From Hormiphora californensis (taxonomy: Eukaryota > Animalia > Ctenophora): a stretch of DNA of 64,000 nt. The notes below the pieces were generated by a model. It was given only the letters and a program-made list of their open reading frames with translations, was not told the origin of the DNA and searched no databases. Below, piece by piece: positions 33,986 to 44,636 of the stretch. Position 1 is the stretch's first letter. Each line of letters starts with the position of its first letter. The stretch covers positions 1,426,001-1,490,000 of the forward strand of contig CM035351.1 in NCBI GenBank assembly GCA_020137815.1, read 5' to 3'. A program made the position numbers and the translations under genes.

Positions 33986-34397
33986 GTAACGGATTATCCT
34001 GTTGGAGTTGTGAAGATGTAGAGACATTTACTGAGACGCGTGAGTAAAAAAAGATTGTCAGGGAGTTCAGTAGTGGGGATTTTTACCTTTACCGATGGGG
34101 GAAAACTTTCAGGGGGGGGAAAACACCAAGTTGACCTCGGTTGCAGTGTGAACTGCAGCGGTATCGAATACGATAGTAAGTGAACTTCTCGGCCAGAAAT
34201 CTTTTAAAGAAATGTTAAAGATAGTGACTTTCACACACTAACACCCCTTTCTATCTTCAGAACACATGTGTTCTAGTATTGGCGAGGAGAATAGGATTAG
34301 CTGTGTGTTTGAGTTCTGCACAGGGAACAACTGCAATACAGCCATGTCAGTACCCTGTTCGTTCCCTCTAATGATCTTCCTCCTTCTTGGGTACTAA
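33986..34397 (+). CDS. Small Cys-rich Ly6/uPAR (three-finger)-like protein with a putative GPI-anchor signal (partial)
   Basis: After the acceptor at 33985: NGLSCWSCEDVETF...DLGCSVNCSGIEYD|GTAAGT. Exon 34261-34397 reads HMCSSIGEENRISCVFEFCTGNNCNTAMSVPCSFPLMIFLLLGY*, i.e. an L-x-C-x-x-C start, a C-x4-CN end and a hydrophobic tail. The middle is frame-broken and the signal-peptide exon is not firmly located. Confidence 0.6.
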
Positions 34398-34537
34398 CAG
34401 GAATTTTGAGACTTGAATGTGTTTTTTGGTGCACATTATAAGGTTTGCTGACTAAGTTATTATATCTGTGTGTGTGTTATTCGGAGTAAGTGCTCAGCTG
34501 TTGAAAGTTTTTATTGCATATATATCATGTTATGTTA

Positions 34538-34840
34538 CACTAGGGTGATTGGAAATAAAGTCGGATTTGTAAAAAATTGTACCCCCCCCGGGCCGGGGTT
34601 TCGTGCGAGTTTTTAAATTTGCGTGCCGAAAAATTGTTTTGGGTTACGCCTTTGTTTCTTGACAAATTTTGTTTAAACAAAATGTTTACGGACCCCAAAA
34701 AATTTTGTTCTTTCCGATGATATGCGGCTTTTTGCCCAAAAGAAGAGAATGGGGGGGGTTTTTGCGCATATATACGACGCGGACATGAAAAGGGGGGGGA
34801 CAACTTTAAAAAAACCGACTTTACTTTGCCTCACCGAATG
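34538..34840. mobile_element. Possible ~300-bp MITE
   Basis: Imperfect inverted ends CACTAGGGTGATTGGAAATAAAGTCGG / CCGACTTTACTTTGCCTCACCGAATG, lying in corrupted sequence. Confidence 0.35.
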
Positions 34841-35278
34841 AGTTTTGAACAACCAAATAAAAATTTGGTCCGTTTAATTGGGAAACTTTATTCGGTTATC
34901 CTCTCCAGCCAAAAGGAGGGCTAGTTTTTTATAAAAAAATTTCAAAACACGTTATTTAAATCATAATTGATAAAACTGTTTTCACACAAATACCCTGTTC
35001 TGGCACCCCTCGCTCATAGTCCCTCTCTCTTTCTTTCGCCCTTTCTCTTTCTTTCTCCCTTTCTCTGTCCAAAGTTCCTTTCCGGCAAAAAACAAAACGG
35101 GCCAACTGTCTAATTTGATTTCAATCCCCATTTCAGCGAATTGTTTTGGGGTAATTAATTTTTTGGGTTTAGTTTTGAATTTTTGTCGGGTTTTTTCCGT
35201 GCCCTATCTGTAAAATTGGGGTTTCCAAAATTCTGGGGGTGGGGCTGGTTTAAAAAAATTTTTTGGAATCCCGGTCGG

Positions 35279-35329
<51 letters not shown>

Positions 35330-35564
35330 AGAATTTATTTTTTTTGGAAAAAAAGGGGTTAATTAGCTAGGGAATTGTGTGAGGGAATAAAGTTTTAGAC
35401 TTCAGGATAATTAGAGGAAACCGTGTGTTAAAAGACCAACGGCAGGTTAAAAAAAAAACAAACTACCACCCCCAAAAACCCCCCACCCGTTAATTTGCAC
35501 TGTTAGATTATCCCCCTATGGCTGAGAAAAACAATTCGGGTTGAAGGTTTGTTAGGCAGGGGTT

Positions 35565-38493
35565 TCATATCTTCAACTTCGACAAACCAAACCTCCTTTT
35601 AAGGGGAGGATAGGTTTTAGAAAAATTTGTTTGATTTTTTAACTCTCTTTTTGGAGAAAAAAGACAAAAAGGACAAATTTTTTTTAAAAAAGCAAAAAAC
35701 GTTGTTTTGTGTGGATTTTTATTATTAAGTTGAGGTGTAGACCACCGATAAAATTGTTTACCTACCATGTTCTCAGGCTGGTGGTCTACTTCAGCAGGAG
35801 CTTGAGATGGAGCAACATCTTGTTTAGTTTTAGCAGTCTGTCTGTTCTTTGCCTTCGCCCACCCCTTTCCCAACTTTTGTATCTTTTTTGCATTTTATGC
35901 TTTTGTAGCCTTTTCTCCCCTTTTCTTTCTAATGTTGTTCCCTTCTGGGAAAATATTTGAATTTAGATTTTTACATTGGAACCAATGATAAATCATTGGA
36001 ACAAAGTTACATTTTACAAAAAGGAAAAAATTGAATTTTTGTGGAACAATCATTTTACAAAGGTAAAAGATTTCCTCACCTTTCTTCTCCCCCACAGTTT
36101 CATACTGTCCTACAGCATCGTTCCAATTGTAATGTTTCCCATCGGTGGGGTTATAGTAGTACTTGGTGTTGGGGTCGTGAAAGACCTGATTGATGGTAGT
36201 AGCCAGACCCTTTTTTCCAACGTAGGAACCAATAGTCTGGGGCATAGGGGGGGGGGGTCATGATTAGTATGGTATGGGATAGCTCACAACGAAGGTGTAA
36301 CAGTGGGGCTCTAGGGAGATGTAACTAGGGGCATTGCACAAGAGACCTCTCTCTCTTTCTCTCTGCGAGATGAAACTTGAAAGTCTCTCCAAACACACTT
36401 TTGCCCACCATCCATGACCTACTTTCTTGTTGTGTTTTAAAAAGTACAGGAAAATGTGCCTCCCCGGAGTATAGACCATGAGGGCAGCTATGGCGCGTTA
36501 GCGGCATTTTTTGCTTGCTGACCCGGGGGCCCCTTGATACACACACTGATACGACGGCGGGTAATCTCGAGGGGTCGATCCATCCTCTGAATGACTTCCA
36601 TCAACGATTTACCGTCCTGAAAAATGAGTCAAAATTTTTCTCATTTACTTGTGAGAGAGAAATCGTAGGACATTGTTGATTGTACCCGACTTGTAGGTGC
36701 GATTAGGATGAAATTCATTTCGGACCAGTTCAAATATATAATTTACCGCGACAGTGTTCACTTCAATGAAAGCAAATCCACGACTTTTCCCGGAATATTT
36801 GTCTCGGATTAGTCGGATATCCTTGATAACGATAGATGTTAGTTTTGTAAGAGCTTCCTTGATCTCCCCCTCCTCTGTCCTGTAATCCAGACCACGGAAC
36901 ATTAGCACTGAAAAAAATTTGTTATTTTTAAATTTGGGGGAAAATTGGATGGCAGTGAAATTTGAGGACAACAACTTTAGCCTGCCACAAGGGCTGTCTC
37001 TCAATCCTAGAGTGAAGGAATCAAGCTTCCAAATATAACACTAACCGTTTGAGGGATTAGTTTCCGGTTCCTCTGGACTTCGTGATCGTAACCTCGGCTT
37101 TCAGAGTGAAAGAGAGGGGAAAGGCTTTGGGGGGGTTAAAGAGAGGAAGGGCGTGGCCCCCAAAGTTGGCCCCGGGTGAGTACCCAACCCCACCTCCTCC
37201 TATCGCGTCAACCTTAGATTTACGCTCTGGGAGGAGAAAAGGGGGTTCGGGCGTAGTGATTCTTTTCCCCACACTGACAAATAAACAGAGTCAGGGAATT
37301 GGGCCGGTGTGTGATTGTGATCTATCGGATTGTTCCGTCCCTGAGTTGTATACTTCCTTCTCCTCTCAGAGCGCATCAGGGGGAGGCCTTATATTGGCAG
37401 GGTTCCAGGTGGCTCCAGTAGCAGGAGGGGGGCTTTACAAGGTACACTAACATACTGATACCAACTAACAAAATTTCCGAAGCAAACCAGTCCTTTTAGG
37501 GCGGCAGCAGACTTGTTTGGGTCATGTAAGGTGTTTACCAGCCATTTTAGCTTCCCTGGTATTGTCCCGGGGTTTAAAAGGGGATCAGTGATGTAAAAAT
37601 TTTCAGTTCAGACATCCCCCAACCCTAAAAAAAATGAAAAAGCATTATGAAAGGTAAAAAGTTTTATTTAACCCCCTTTTCGGCCCCCCCGGGGAGCCTC
37701 AGATTCAGATTGGAACTCAACAAAGGCAGTTCCAGATTGTGTTGCTTTGTTAAAATATTGATATCCGGAAAACCCCATCCCCTCTTCAATTTAACTTTTT
37801 TTCGGGTCAAAATGGGGGAAAAATGTTTTGAGGATATTTAAAAAATTCTAGTACTTAGTACACGAAGTACAAATGTAAAAAAATGTATAGTCCCCACTGC
37901 ACTTTAGTTTGTTTTCACACAACTATCACCGTTTTTCCGTGACAGCTCGCCAACCGACACGGAGAATATATGGGACACCATTTATAAACGGGACACTTAC
38001 ATCACTCTCCTTATGAAATGCTTGCAGTCCTTTCAGTGTAACGATCCTTGGATCTTTCAGTTTCTCCAATCGGTTGCTACCAGCCTGTTCTTTAGCTGCT
38101 GCCCGACGGTCGTGACTCCGCTCCCTACTTCTGCTCCGGCGCTTATCTCGAGACCGCTCACGAGACCTGTCTCTGCCACGAGACCTACTCCTTCCTCTAT
38201 CACGCCCCCTGCTGCGGCTTCTACTGCGGTACCTACTTCGTCTCTCCTCCCTCCGTCCCCCATCGTCTCTCATCAACATAGCATTAACGGTGCTTTCTGC
38301 TATTGCTGTTATGTCAGATGCGCTCAACGGTTTATCGTCCTGTAATAACATAATGCGTTAAGTTTGTTGAGTGCTGAGAACTACCAAATAAAATGAACAA
38401 AGTGATTGAAAATCTAAATCATACCGTTCCGTATCTCGTGTATGGCTGCCCCGAGTAATCATTGTCATACTCTCTAACGTCCGCCCGTGACAT
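35565..38493 (-). CDS. RBM5/RBM10-like RNA-binding splicing factor (RS region, RRMs, RanBP2-ZnF remnant, OCRE)
   Basis: Exon 38493-38425 (MSRADVREYD...). Exon 38340-38001 has RS repeats and the RRM1 start (IVTLKGL). RRM2 VLMFRGLD...IRLIRDKYSGKSRGFAFIE at about 36908-36746. OCRE-like HDPNTKYYYNPTDGKHYNW at about 36180-36100. KIQK...WAKAKN at about 35890-35845. Intervening exons are corrupted and the 3' end is tentative. Confidence 0.78.
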
Positions 38494-39866
38494 TCTCTCT
38501 AGATTGCTTAGAAAATATTAGTAAGTGCCTATCGCCTTTAAGGCCGAATCGATAGTTGCTCGACTCAGAATGCTCTCTATCGCGGTAGGGAATGAGCCCG
38601 GTTCATTCAAAACCGGACAATCGCAATGGCCAGACTAACAGTGAATGAAAATGAACTTCAATATTTATATTAGAGTCATATAAGTGACTCTACCCGCTCT
38701 CACACTACAGACATATACAAATAAGTCATATATATATCCTACAAGGCTGAGAGGCTGAGAGCTTCAGCAGTTACCTAAAGCGGGCAGTGGTACTCCGTCA
38801 TATTGGCCGCTGCACAGCATGTCCAAAAGCGTTCATCATCATCATCATCACAAAATACTTAATATTCCGCTTTATAGCTTTTACTTGTCAGAAAAGTTCT
38901 TACATATGCTAGAAAACACACAGACTAAACTAACGGCTTTCAAAAGCGGTGGTGCCTACTTCGAATCGCCCGAGATCACACACAAATTGTGTATGGGTCC
39001 AAGCCATTCGAAGGAGGCTCCAATACCTACAAATCAAGAAACTACTTTAAATATGAAATGTCTGTTGTCAATAATGTCCTGTACAGATACATTTTCTGCA
39101 ACTATTAGAGTCATGATCTTCATTTAGTTAGTTAAATAATAAGTTAAATAATAAGTTAATTAAAACACACACACACACTTCGCACTCTATTCTCAATTAT
39201 AACCACGTACAAACATTATAATTACAAACAAAAATTAACAAATTTCACACAGTTTGTCATTATCCCGGGATCAATAAACATTGCATCATTGTTTTAGGGA
39301 TGTACATTTATCATTTCCTTTCCCTTATACGTCCACTCTCTCCTATCCTAGAGAATATGTCCGTGCCCCGTGATGATGTATGGAAATAGGAATCTTAAAA
39401 TCTTTAGTATCTTGAGGAAACCTGACTACTGAAAAAGGGGAGAGAAACGGCCCACTTATGGGTGTTAGGGTTACGTGTTAGTGGACAGTAAACTGTCAAG
39501 AAGGGTATGCTACTAAGGAGAACTGAATTAATGGAACTGGAGATACGAGGTTCGAGGGTCAATAACTATATACTTGCCCTAATCAATGAAGATCAATCCA
39601 TGCTCTTCAGTAAGTATAAGATCGAAGATATCATCAATCGATATGGATATCAGGATCACGGATTATATCAGGATCACGGTTTCGATATATCTGAAAATAG
39701 GGCGCACCGGAGGTGTTTTCAACAGTCAGTTTGAACCTCCAGATGCTAGCTGATACCATCCATTGCACCATCTAAGACTATGCAATAAATGGCACCATAA
39801 TTTCAGACGTTGGGTCACAGGGTAAACTACAGTCATTGTCGAGTCAGTCTGCAGGGGAAGGGAGGG

Positions 39867-39902
<36 letters not shown>

Positions 39903-39954
39903 CAATTCTTTTTCTGTCTTTTATCCTGGCTCTTTTTTTTTTCAATGGGGGTGG

Positions 39955-39993
<39 letters not shown>

Positions 39994-40191
39994 CCTTTTT
40001 TAACTTAGCCGAGGAGGTCCAAAATCACCAAAGAAACGAAACAATTCTCTCAGAAACCAACTCGCTCAAACTCGGGCTCCAACACTCTTGAAACAACTCT
40101 TCAATAAATTCCAGTCTCTACCAAACATCACACACGTACATACACATACATTTAAACAAATAGACAATAGAATACAATTGCACTTGCACTG

Positions 40192-43134
40192 TTACAGTCC
40201 ATACGCCTTCCGGAAAAGATGTGTTTTGAGAAGCTGCTTAAAAAGCACCTCCGAGGTTTCCTCCCTGATCTTCCTTGGCAGTTCATTCCACAATTTAGGC
40301 CCAGCTATTGACAGCCGCCTTTCATTAATTTTGTACCTCACTGTATGCGACTTCTTTACCAGTAGTGTGTGATCGTCATCAGCTCTTAGGCCGTGTGTTT
40401 TAGCCGATCTCTTTGTAACCATATTTGCAAGGTATTCTGGAGCTCTACCGTTGATGATATTGAACATTAGGAAGCAGATTTTGTAGTGTATTCTCGAGTT
40501 TACTGGCAGAAAGTGTAGCTCTTTCCGCAGCTTAGATATTCCTCTTTGCTGCCGAGTACCACGAACAAACCTGACCGCTGCATTTTGAAGCTTCTGGAGC
40601 CGTTGGAGTTGGGAGGTTTTAATGCCGTTTAGCAGAGAGTTACCGAAGTCCAGGATCGAATGTATAAACACGTTTACAAGTCTAATTTTGGAGTCTTTGT
40701 CCAGTTTGTCAGCTATTCGCCACATATTGTGGAGGTACATGGAACAGTTTTTAACAACATGGGATACGTGACATTCCATTGATAGCTTATCATCGAAATA
40801 TATCCCAAGATTTCTTGCATTATTCACGGTCTGCAGTGGTTCCCCGAACACTTTTACCGTCTCCGGACTCTCAATTGTGTCGTACTTTGAGCTTATCACC
40901 ATAACTTCCGTCTTCTTGGTGTTTAGCTTAAGACGATTAAGGGCCATCCACGATCGAACTTCCTCGAGGCATCTCTCCATCTTCGCCTCAGTTGTTGAGA
41001 ACTCATTTTCCTTGAACTCACAGTAAACTTGAGAGTCGTCTGCGTATAGATGTAGTAGAACACTATGTTTTTTCGCGATTTCTTCTAGCTCCCGAGTGTA
41101 CATAACAAACAACAGAGGACCCAAAATTGAACCTTGTGGGACCCCAATTTTCACCTTCCATGGTGGAGATGTGGCTTTTCCTATTTTAACTGAGGCTGAT
41201 CTTTCAGAAAGGTACGATGTAAACCATTTCAGGGCCACTCCGGTGATTCCGTAATCTTTTTCCAGCCGAGATACTAGCTTTTCGTGATCAATGGTGTCGA
41301 ATGCTGCCGATAAATCCAACAAAAGCAACACCGCCTTGGATTTTTTGTCAGTTATCACTAGGAGATCGTCCAATATCTTGGCAGTTGCTGTCTCTACACT
41401 ATGTCCTTTCCGATAAGCAGACTGGATGGATGGCAGCAACTTGTTGGTTTCAAGGTACTCAGTCAATTGTATAGCTACTGCCTTCTCAACAATCTTGGAC
41501 AAGAATGGAAGATTTGAAACAGGGCGATAATTCTTTAGATCGTTTTTATCGTCTTGCTTGAAGGACGGTCTTATTAGGGCTGTTTTAAGCGCAGTTGGAA
41601 ACTCTCCGCTAGTAAGGCTCTTGTTTACAACCTCCTTGATGATAGGAGCTAGCTCTGGTAGAAGCTTGGTGACCAGCATAGTTGGAAGAGGATCAAGATC
41701 ACACTGTTTTTGGGACATTTCACGAACCAGAGAACGTATGCTTTCTTCAGATAGTAGGGTGAACTCTTTGAACTCAGTGGCTAGGTTTCCTGGATACTGC
41801 AGTTGTTCAGTTTGGACACCGAGTTGGCTAGCCTCTACCTCAATATCCTTATAAATCCTCTCTACTTTCTCCTGGAAAAACTCCGCAAACTTGTTAGCTA
41901 GATCCTGATCCTCATACCCCTCAGGTTGCTCCAGTGGCCTTTTATCACGTCCCATAAGATGATTAGTAAGCTTGAAGAATGCGGCTGCATTGCTTTTGGA
42001 GTCTTTGATTTTCGTCGCGAAGAAATCCCGTCTTGCTTTCCGGATCGTTTTGTTTGCTTCTTTGTTTGCCATTTTCCTCTGTTTAAGAGCTTCACATAGT
42101 TTTTGGACATCCCAGCTTTTTTCCAATACTGCCTTATACCAGCGCTCTGCCTTTCTTCTTTTCCTTTTTGCCATCTCACACGAAAGATTATACCAAGCCG
42201 GCTTTCCCTTAAGGGGGACCATTTTTGAGGTCTCTGGTGCCACCTCATTAAGAAAGTCTAGAAGTGTCTCATTGTAAAGACGAACACACTCATCCACATC
42301 ATCAGGAAAATCCCCACCAATAAGGTCAGATTGTAGTATCTTTTCTACTAGATCATCAATGTTTAGATTCTTCAAAGATCTACTAACAACCTGCTTCTTC
42401 TGCTGACTGTTGGATGTGCCAATGTGTAGTGAGAAATTCACCTGGCAGTGATCAGGGAGGAACGGCTGTTCAGTTACCTCTATATTTGAGATTCCTGGGG
42501 TACTTTCCGAGTTCCTACTTAACACTAGATCCAGCGTTCCACCTGCTTTGTGAGTTGGACCCTGTACCCTCTGAATAAATCCATGATCATCGAGTAAATC
42601 CATGAAATCTGATGTGAGTTTTTCCCCTGGCTTCTCAACATGAACGTTCAGGTCACCAACAATCACCGATCCTTTCCTCTCAGAAAAACCAAGGAAGAAC
42701 TCCTCCATCTCTTCCAAGAAGCAACTGGTATTTCTTTTAGTCGGGGAACTATACATTACTGCTACTGTTGTCCTCTGCAGACCATTTCCTGTTATTGTTG
42801 CCTCGAGAGCCTCAAATGTTTTGAACTGTTTGGTCTTTTTCGGGTGAGTCACGTTGATTCCATTCCTAAAAATAACCCCTACTCCTCCACCAGGGGATCC
42901 TCGACTCTTATGAGCAAGTGAGAATCCGTATTCAGACAACTCACGTTCCAACGATTTTTCATTTGCCCGCAACCAGGTTTCTGTAAGGAATATTACATCT
43001 AATCCCTCTACCACTGCCTCTTCTATGATCTCATGCGTTTTGTTGCGCAGAGAGCAGCAATTCATAACCGCGACCTTTATGTTCGGCGATAGTTTTTTGA
43101 CCGCTCTTCTGTATATGACAGCAGGGAAGGACAA
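40192..43134 (-). CDS. LINE ORF2: apurinic endonuclease plus reverse transcriptase
   Basis: APE motifs N..SLRNK, LTETW, GGGVG, GDLN, LDLV and PDH. RT motifs NYRPVSNL, LLDLSAAFDT, GVPQGSILGP and YADD. L2-type C-terminus LHFLP...FKQLLKTHLF. The ORF-track start is TTG; see findings. Confidence 0.95.
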   Translation of the reverse strand: MSFPAVIYRRAVKKLSPNIKVAVMNCCSLRNKTHEIIEEAVVEGLDVIFLTETWLRANEKSLERELSEYGFSLAHKSRGSPGGGVGVIFRNGINVTHPKKTKQFKTFEALEATITGNGLQRTTVAVMYSSPTKRNTSCFLEEMEEFFLGFSERKGSVIVGDLNVHVEKPGEKLTSDFMDLLDDHGFIQRVQGPTHKAGGTLDLVLSRNSESTPGISNIEVTEQPFLPDHCQVNFSLHIGTSNSQQKKQVVSRSLKNLNIDDLVEKILQSDLIGGDFPDDVDECVRLYNETLLDFLNEVAPETSKMVPLKGKPAWYNLSCEMAKRKRRKAERWYKAVLEKSWDVQKLCEALKQRKMANKEANKTIRKARRDFFATKIKDSKSNAAAFFKLTNHLMGRDKRPLEQPEGYEDQDLANKFAEFFQEKVERIYKDIEVEASQLGVQTEQLQYPGNLATEFKEFTLLSEESIRSLVREMSQKQCDLDPLPTMLVTKLLPELAPIIKEVVNKSLTSGEFPTALKTALIRPSFKQDDKNDLKNYRPVSNLPFLSKIVEKAVAIQLTEYLETNKLLPSIQSAYRKGHSVETATAKILDDLLVITDKKSKAVLLLLDLSAAFDTIDHEKLVSRLEKDYGITGVALKWFTSYLSERSASVKIGKATSPPWKVKIGVPQGSILGPLLFVMYTRELEEIAKKHSVLLHLYADDSQVYCEFKENEFSTTEAKMERCLEEVRSWMALNRLKLNTKKTEVMVISSKYDTIESPETVKVFGEPLQTVNNARNLGIYFDDKLSMECHVSHVVKNCSMYLHNMWRIADKLDKDSKIRLVNVFIHSILDFGNSLLNGIKTSQLQRLQKLQNAAVRFVRGTRQQRGISKLRKELHFLPVNSRIHYKICFLMFNIINGRAPEYLANMVTKRSAKTHGLRADDDHTLLVKKSHTVRYKINERRLSIAGPKLWNELPRKIREETSEVLFKQLLKTHLFRKAYGL

Positions 43135-44636
43135 CCTTGGTATCCAGCATGGTGTGTATCTGCTTTACAGTTTGCACATTTGTGGGTGCTACGATCGTTC
43201 TTTGTTTCGCAGTCATTTGTGAGATGATTACCAGTACAAAACTTACACACAGGCGAGTTTTCCTTATTGGGGCACTCCGACGCAATGTGGCCAGGTGCCT
43301 GACAGTGAAAGCACTGTCTAAAGTACACCCTTCTTTCGACGCGATATCTTCCCAGTTCGAAATTGACAGCTCCCGTGTACAGCAGTTGGTCCCGGACAGT
43401 AGGTGGTACTCGTAAACCAACAGTCGCCAGCTCTGGGTTTCTATGGTGCCTTTTGAAATATACTATCGAGAACTCAGTATCTCTTAGAATGTCATTTTTC
43501 TGTTTGAGCCCTTCATAGACATAGGCTCGTGCCGCAGGGTTTTCCATCTCACTTGCAACTGGTACATTCATTACGGATACTTTGCTCATTTCCAGTTTCT
43601 CAATCGTGGTGTTAGGTTCCATGTTTCCTTTCAAAAGGGTGTGGGCAGTTTCATGAAGCTCAGGTGTTTTGAATTCCAGCATTACTCTTCCCGCTCGGAT
43701 TGAAGAACGGTGTACGGGGATCATAGCCAACAACTCCTTGGTTTTCTCAGCAGTCTTTTCCGAGTCATCACTCCTTAGGATTAGTTTGTGCTGCGGTGTT
43801 GGTTTTTTAGGAACCGGACGCCTCTCCACTGTAGTCCATCCATCTCCTGTAGTGTTATTAGGTGCGGGATCGATTGCAGTCCGTGCATACGACTTCACGG
43901 GATTCTCATGACTGCTATCAGTCTGTGTTTCGCCAGGATCCTTACTTGTGCTAGCTATATCCAGATCTTTTGGGATGTCCTCATTTGATTCTGCCGTTTC
44001 TGGTTGACTCTTCAAGATTCCCATACTACTCATCAGTTCGGCTTTCACTATCGCCACAATCTGTTTGATCAATTCTGTATTTGGTTCAACGCTATTCTTA
44101 CCACCACATGAGCATCGGTCTTGTTTATGCCCAACAGAAGCAGACTGATTCAGAACAGGAGTACGACAGATGTCCTCCTGTAAAATCTCTCCTGGTAGTG
44201 GTGTCGGGGTCATTAGGTCAACTAGATTTATCTCCGAGTTGTTGTCGGAAGGTTCTGATGAAACTAACGTTTGGGGTACAGGTGGTGTATTATTCGAAAC
44301 ACATACAACTGGTTGCAACACCTCCGGCTTAGTAACCCGACATTTAGGACACGACCAACTCACGTTTAACGCTTTAAACAGTATACTCGAGATCTGTTTA
44401 GTTTCACCAAGAGCTGTTAGGCCCACACAATTAGGATGATAGCAGTCCTGGCACCTACAACAGAATAACGCTCTTTTACTGTCCTTAACCTTACACTTCA
44501 TACAACCTGTGGTTATTGCTGTCAGGGTCTTGGGTTGGTTGATCATAGACTTGGTTGAGTTAACACTTGTGGCGTTTTTCAGCTTGTCTCGATCTCGGTC
44601 TTGAACTTCTTGAACTTTTCTGTTTTCACCACTCAT
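43077..44636 (-). CDS. LINE ORF1 with an N-terminal PHD finger and three C-terminal CCHC zinc knuckles
   Basis: CMKC...CCRCQDCYHPNC...WSCPKC; CFHCQAPGHIASEC, CKFCTGNHLTNDC, CANCKADTHHAGYQGC. Confidence 0.92.
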   Translation of the reverse strand: MSGENRKVQEVQDRDRDKLKNATSVNSTKSMINQPKTLTAITTGCMKCKVKDSKRALFCCRCQDCYHPNCVGLTALGETKQISSILFKALNVSWSCPKCRVTKPEVLQPVVCVSNNTPPVPQTLVSSEPSDNNSEINLVDLMTPTPLPGEILQEDICRTPVLNQSASVGHKQDRCSCGGKNSVEPNTELIKQIVAIVKAELMSSMGILKSQPETAESNEDIPKDLDIASTSKDPGETQTDSSHENPVKSYARTAIDPAPNNTTGDGWTTVERRPVPKKPTPQHKLILRSDDSEKTAEKTKELLAMIPVHRSSIRAGRVMLEFKTPELHETAHTLLKGNMEPNTTIEKLEMSKVSVMNVPVASEMENPAARAYVYEGLKQKNDILRDTEFSIVYFKRHHRNPELATVGLRVPPTVRDQLLYTGAVNFELGRYRVERRVYFRQCFHCQAPGHIASECPNKENSPVCKFCTGNHLTNDCETKNDRSTHKCANCKADTHHAGYQGCPSLLSYTEERSKNYRRT

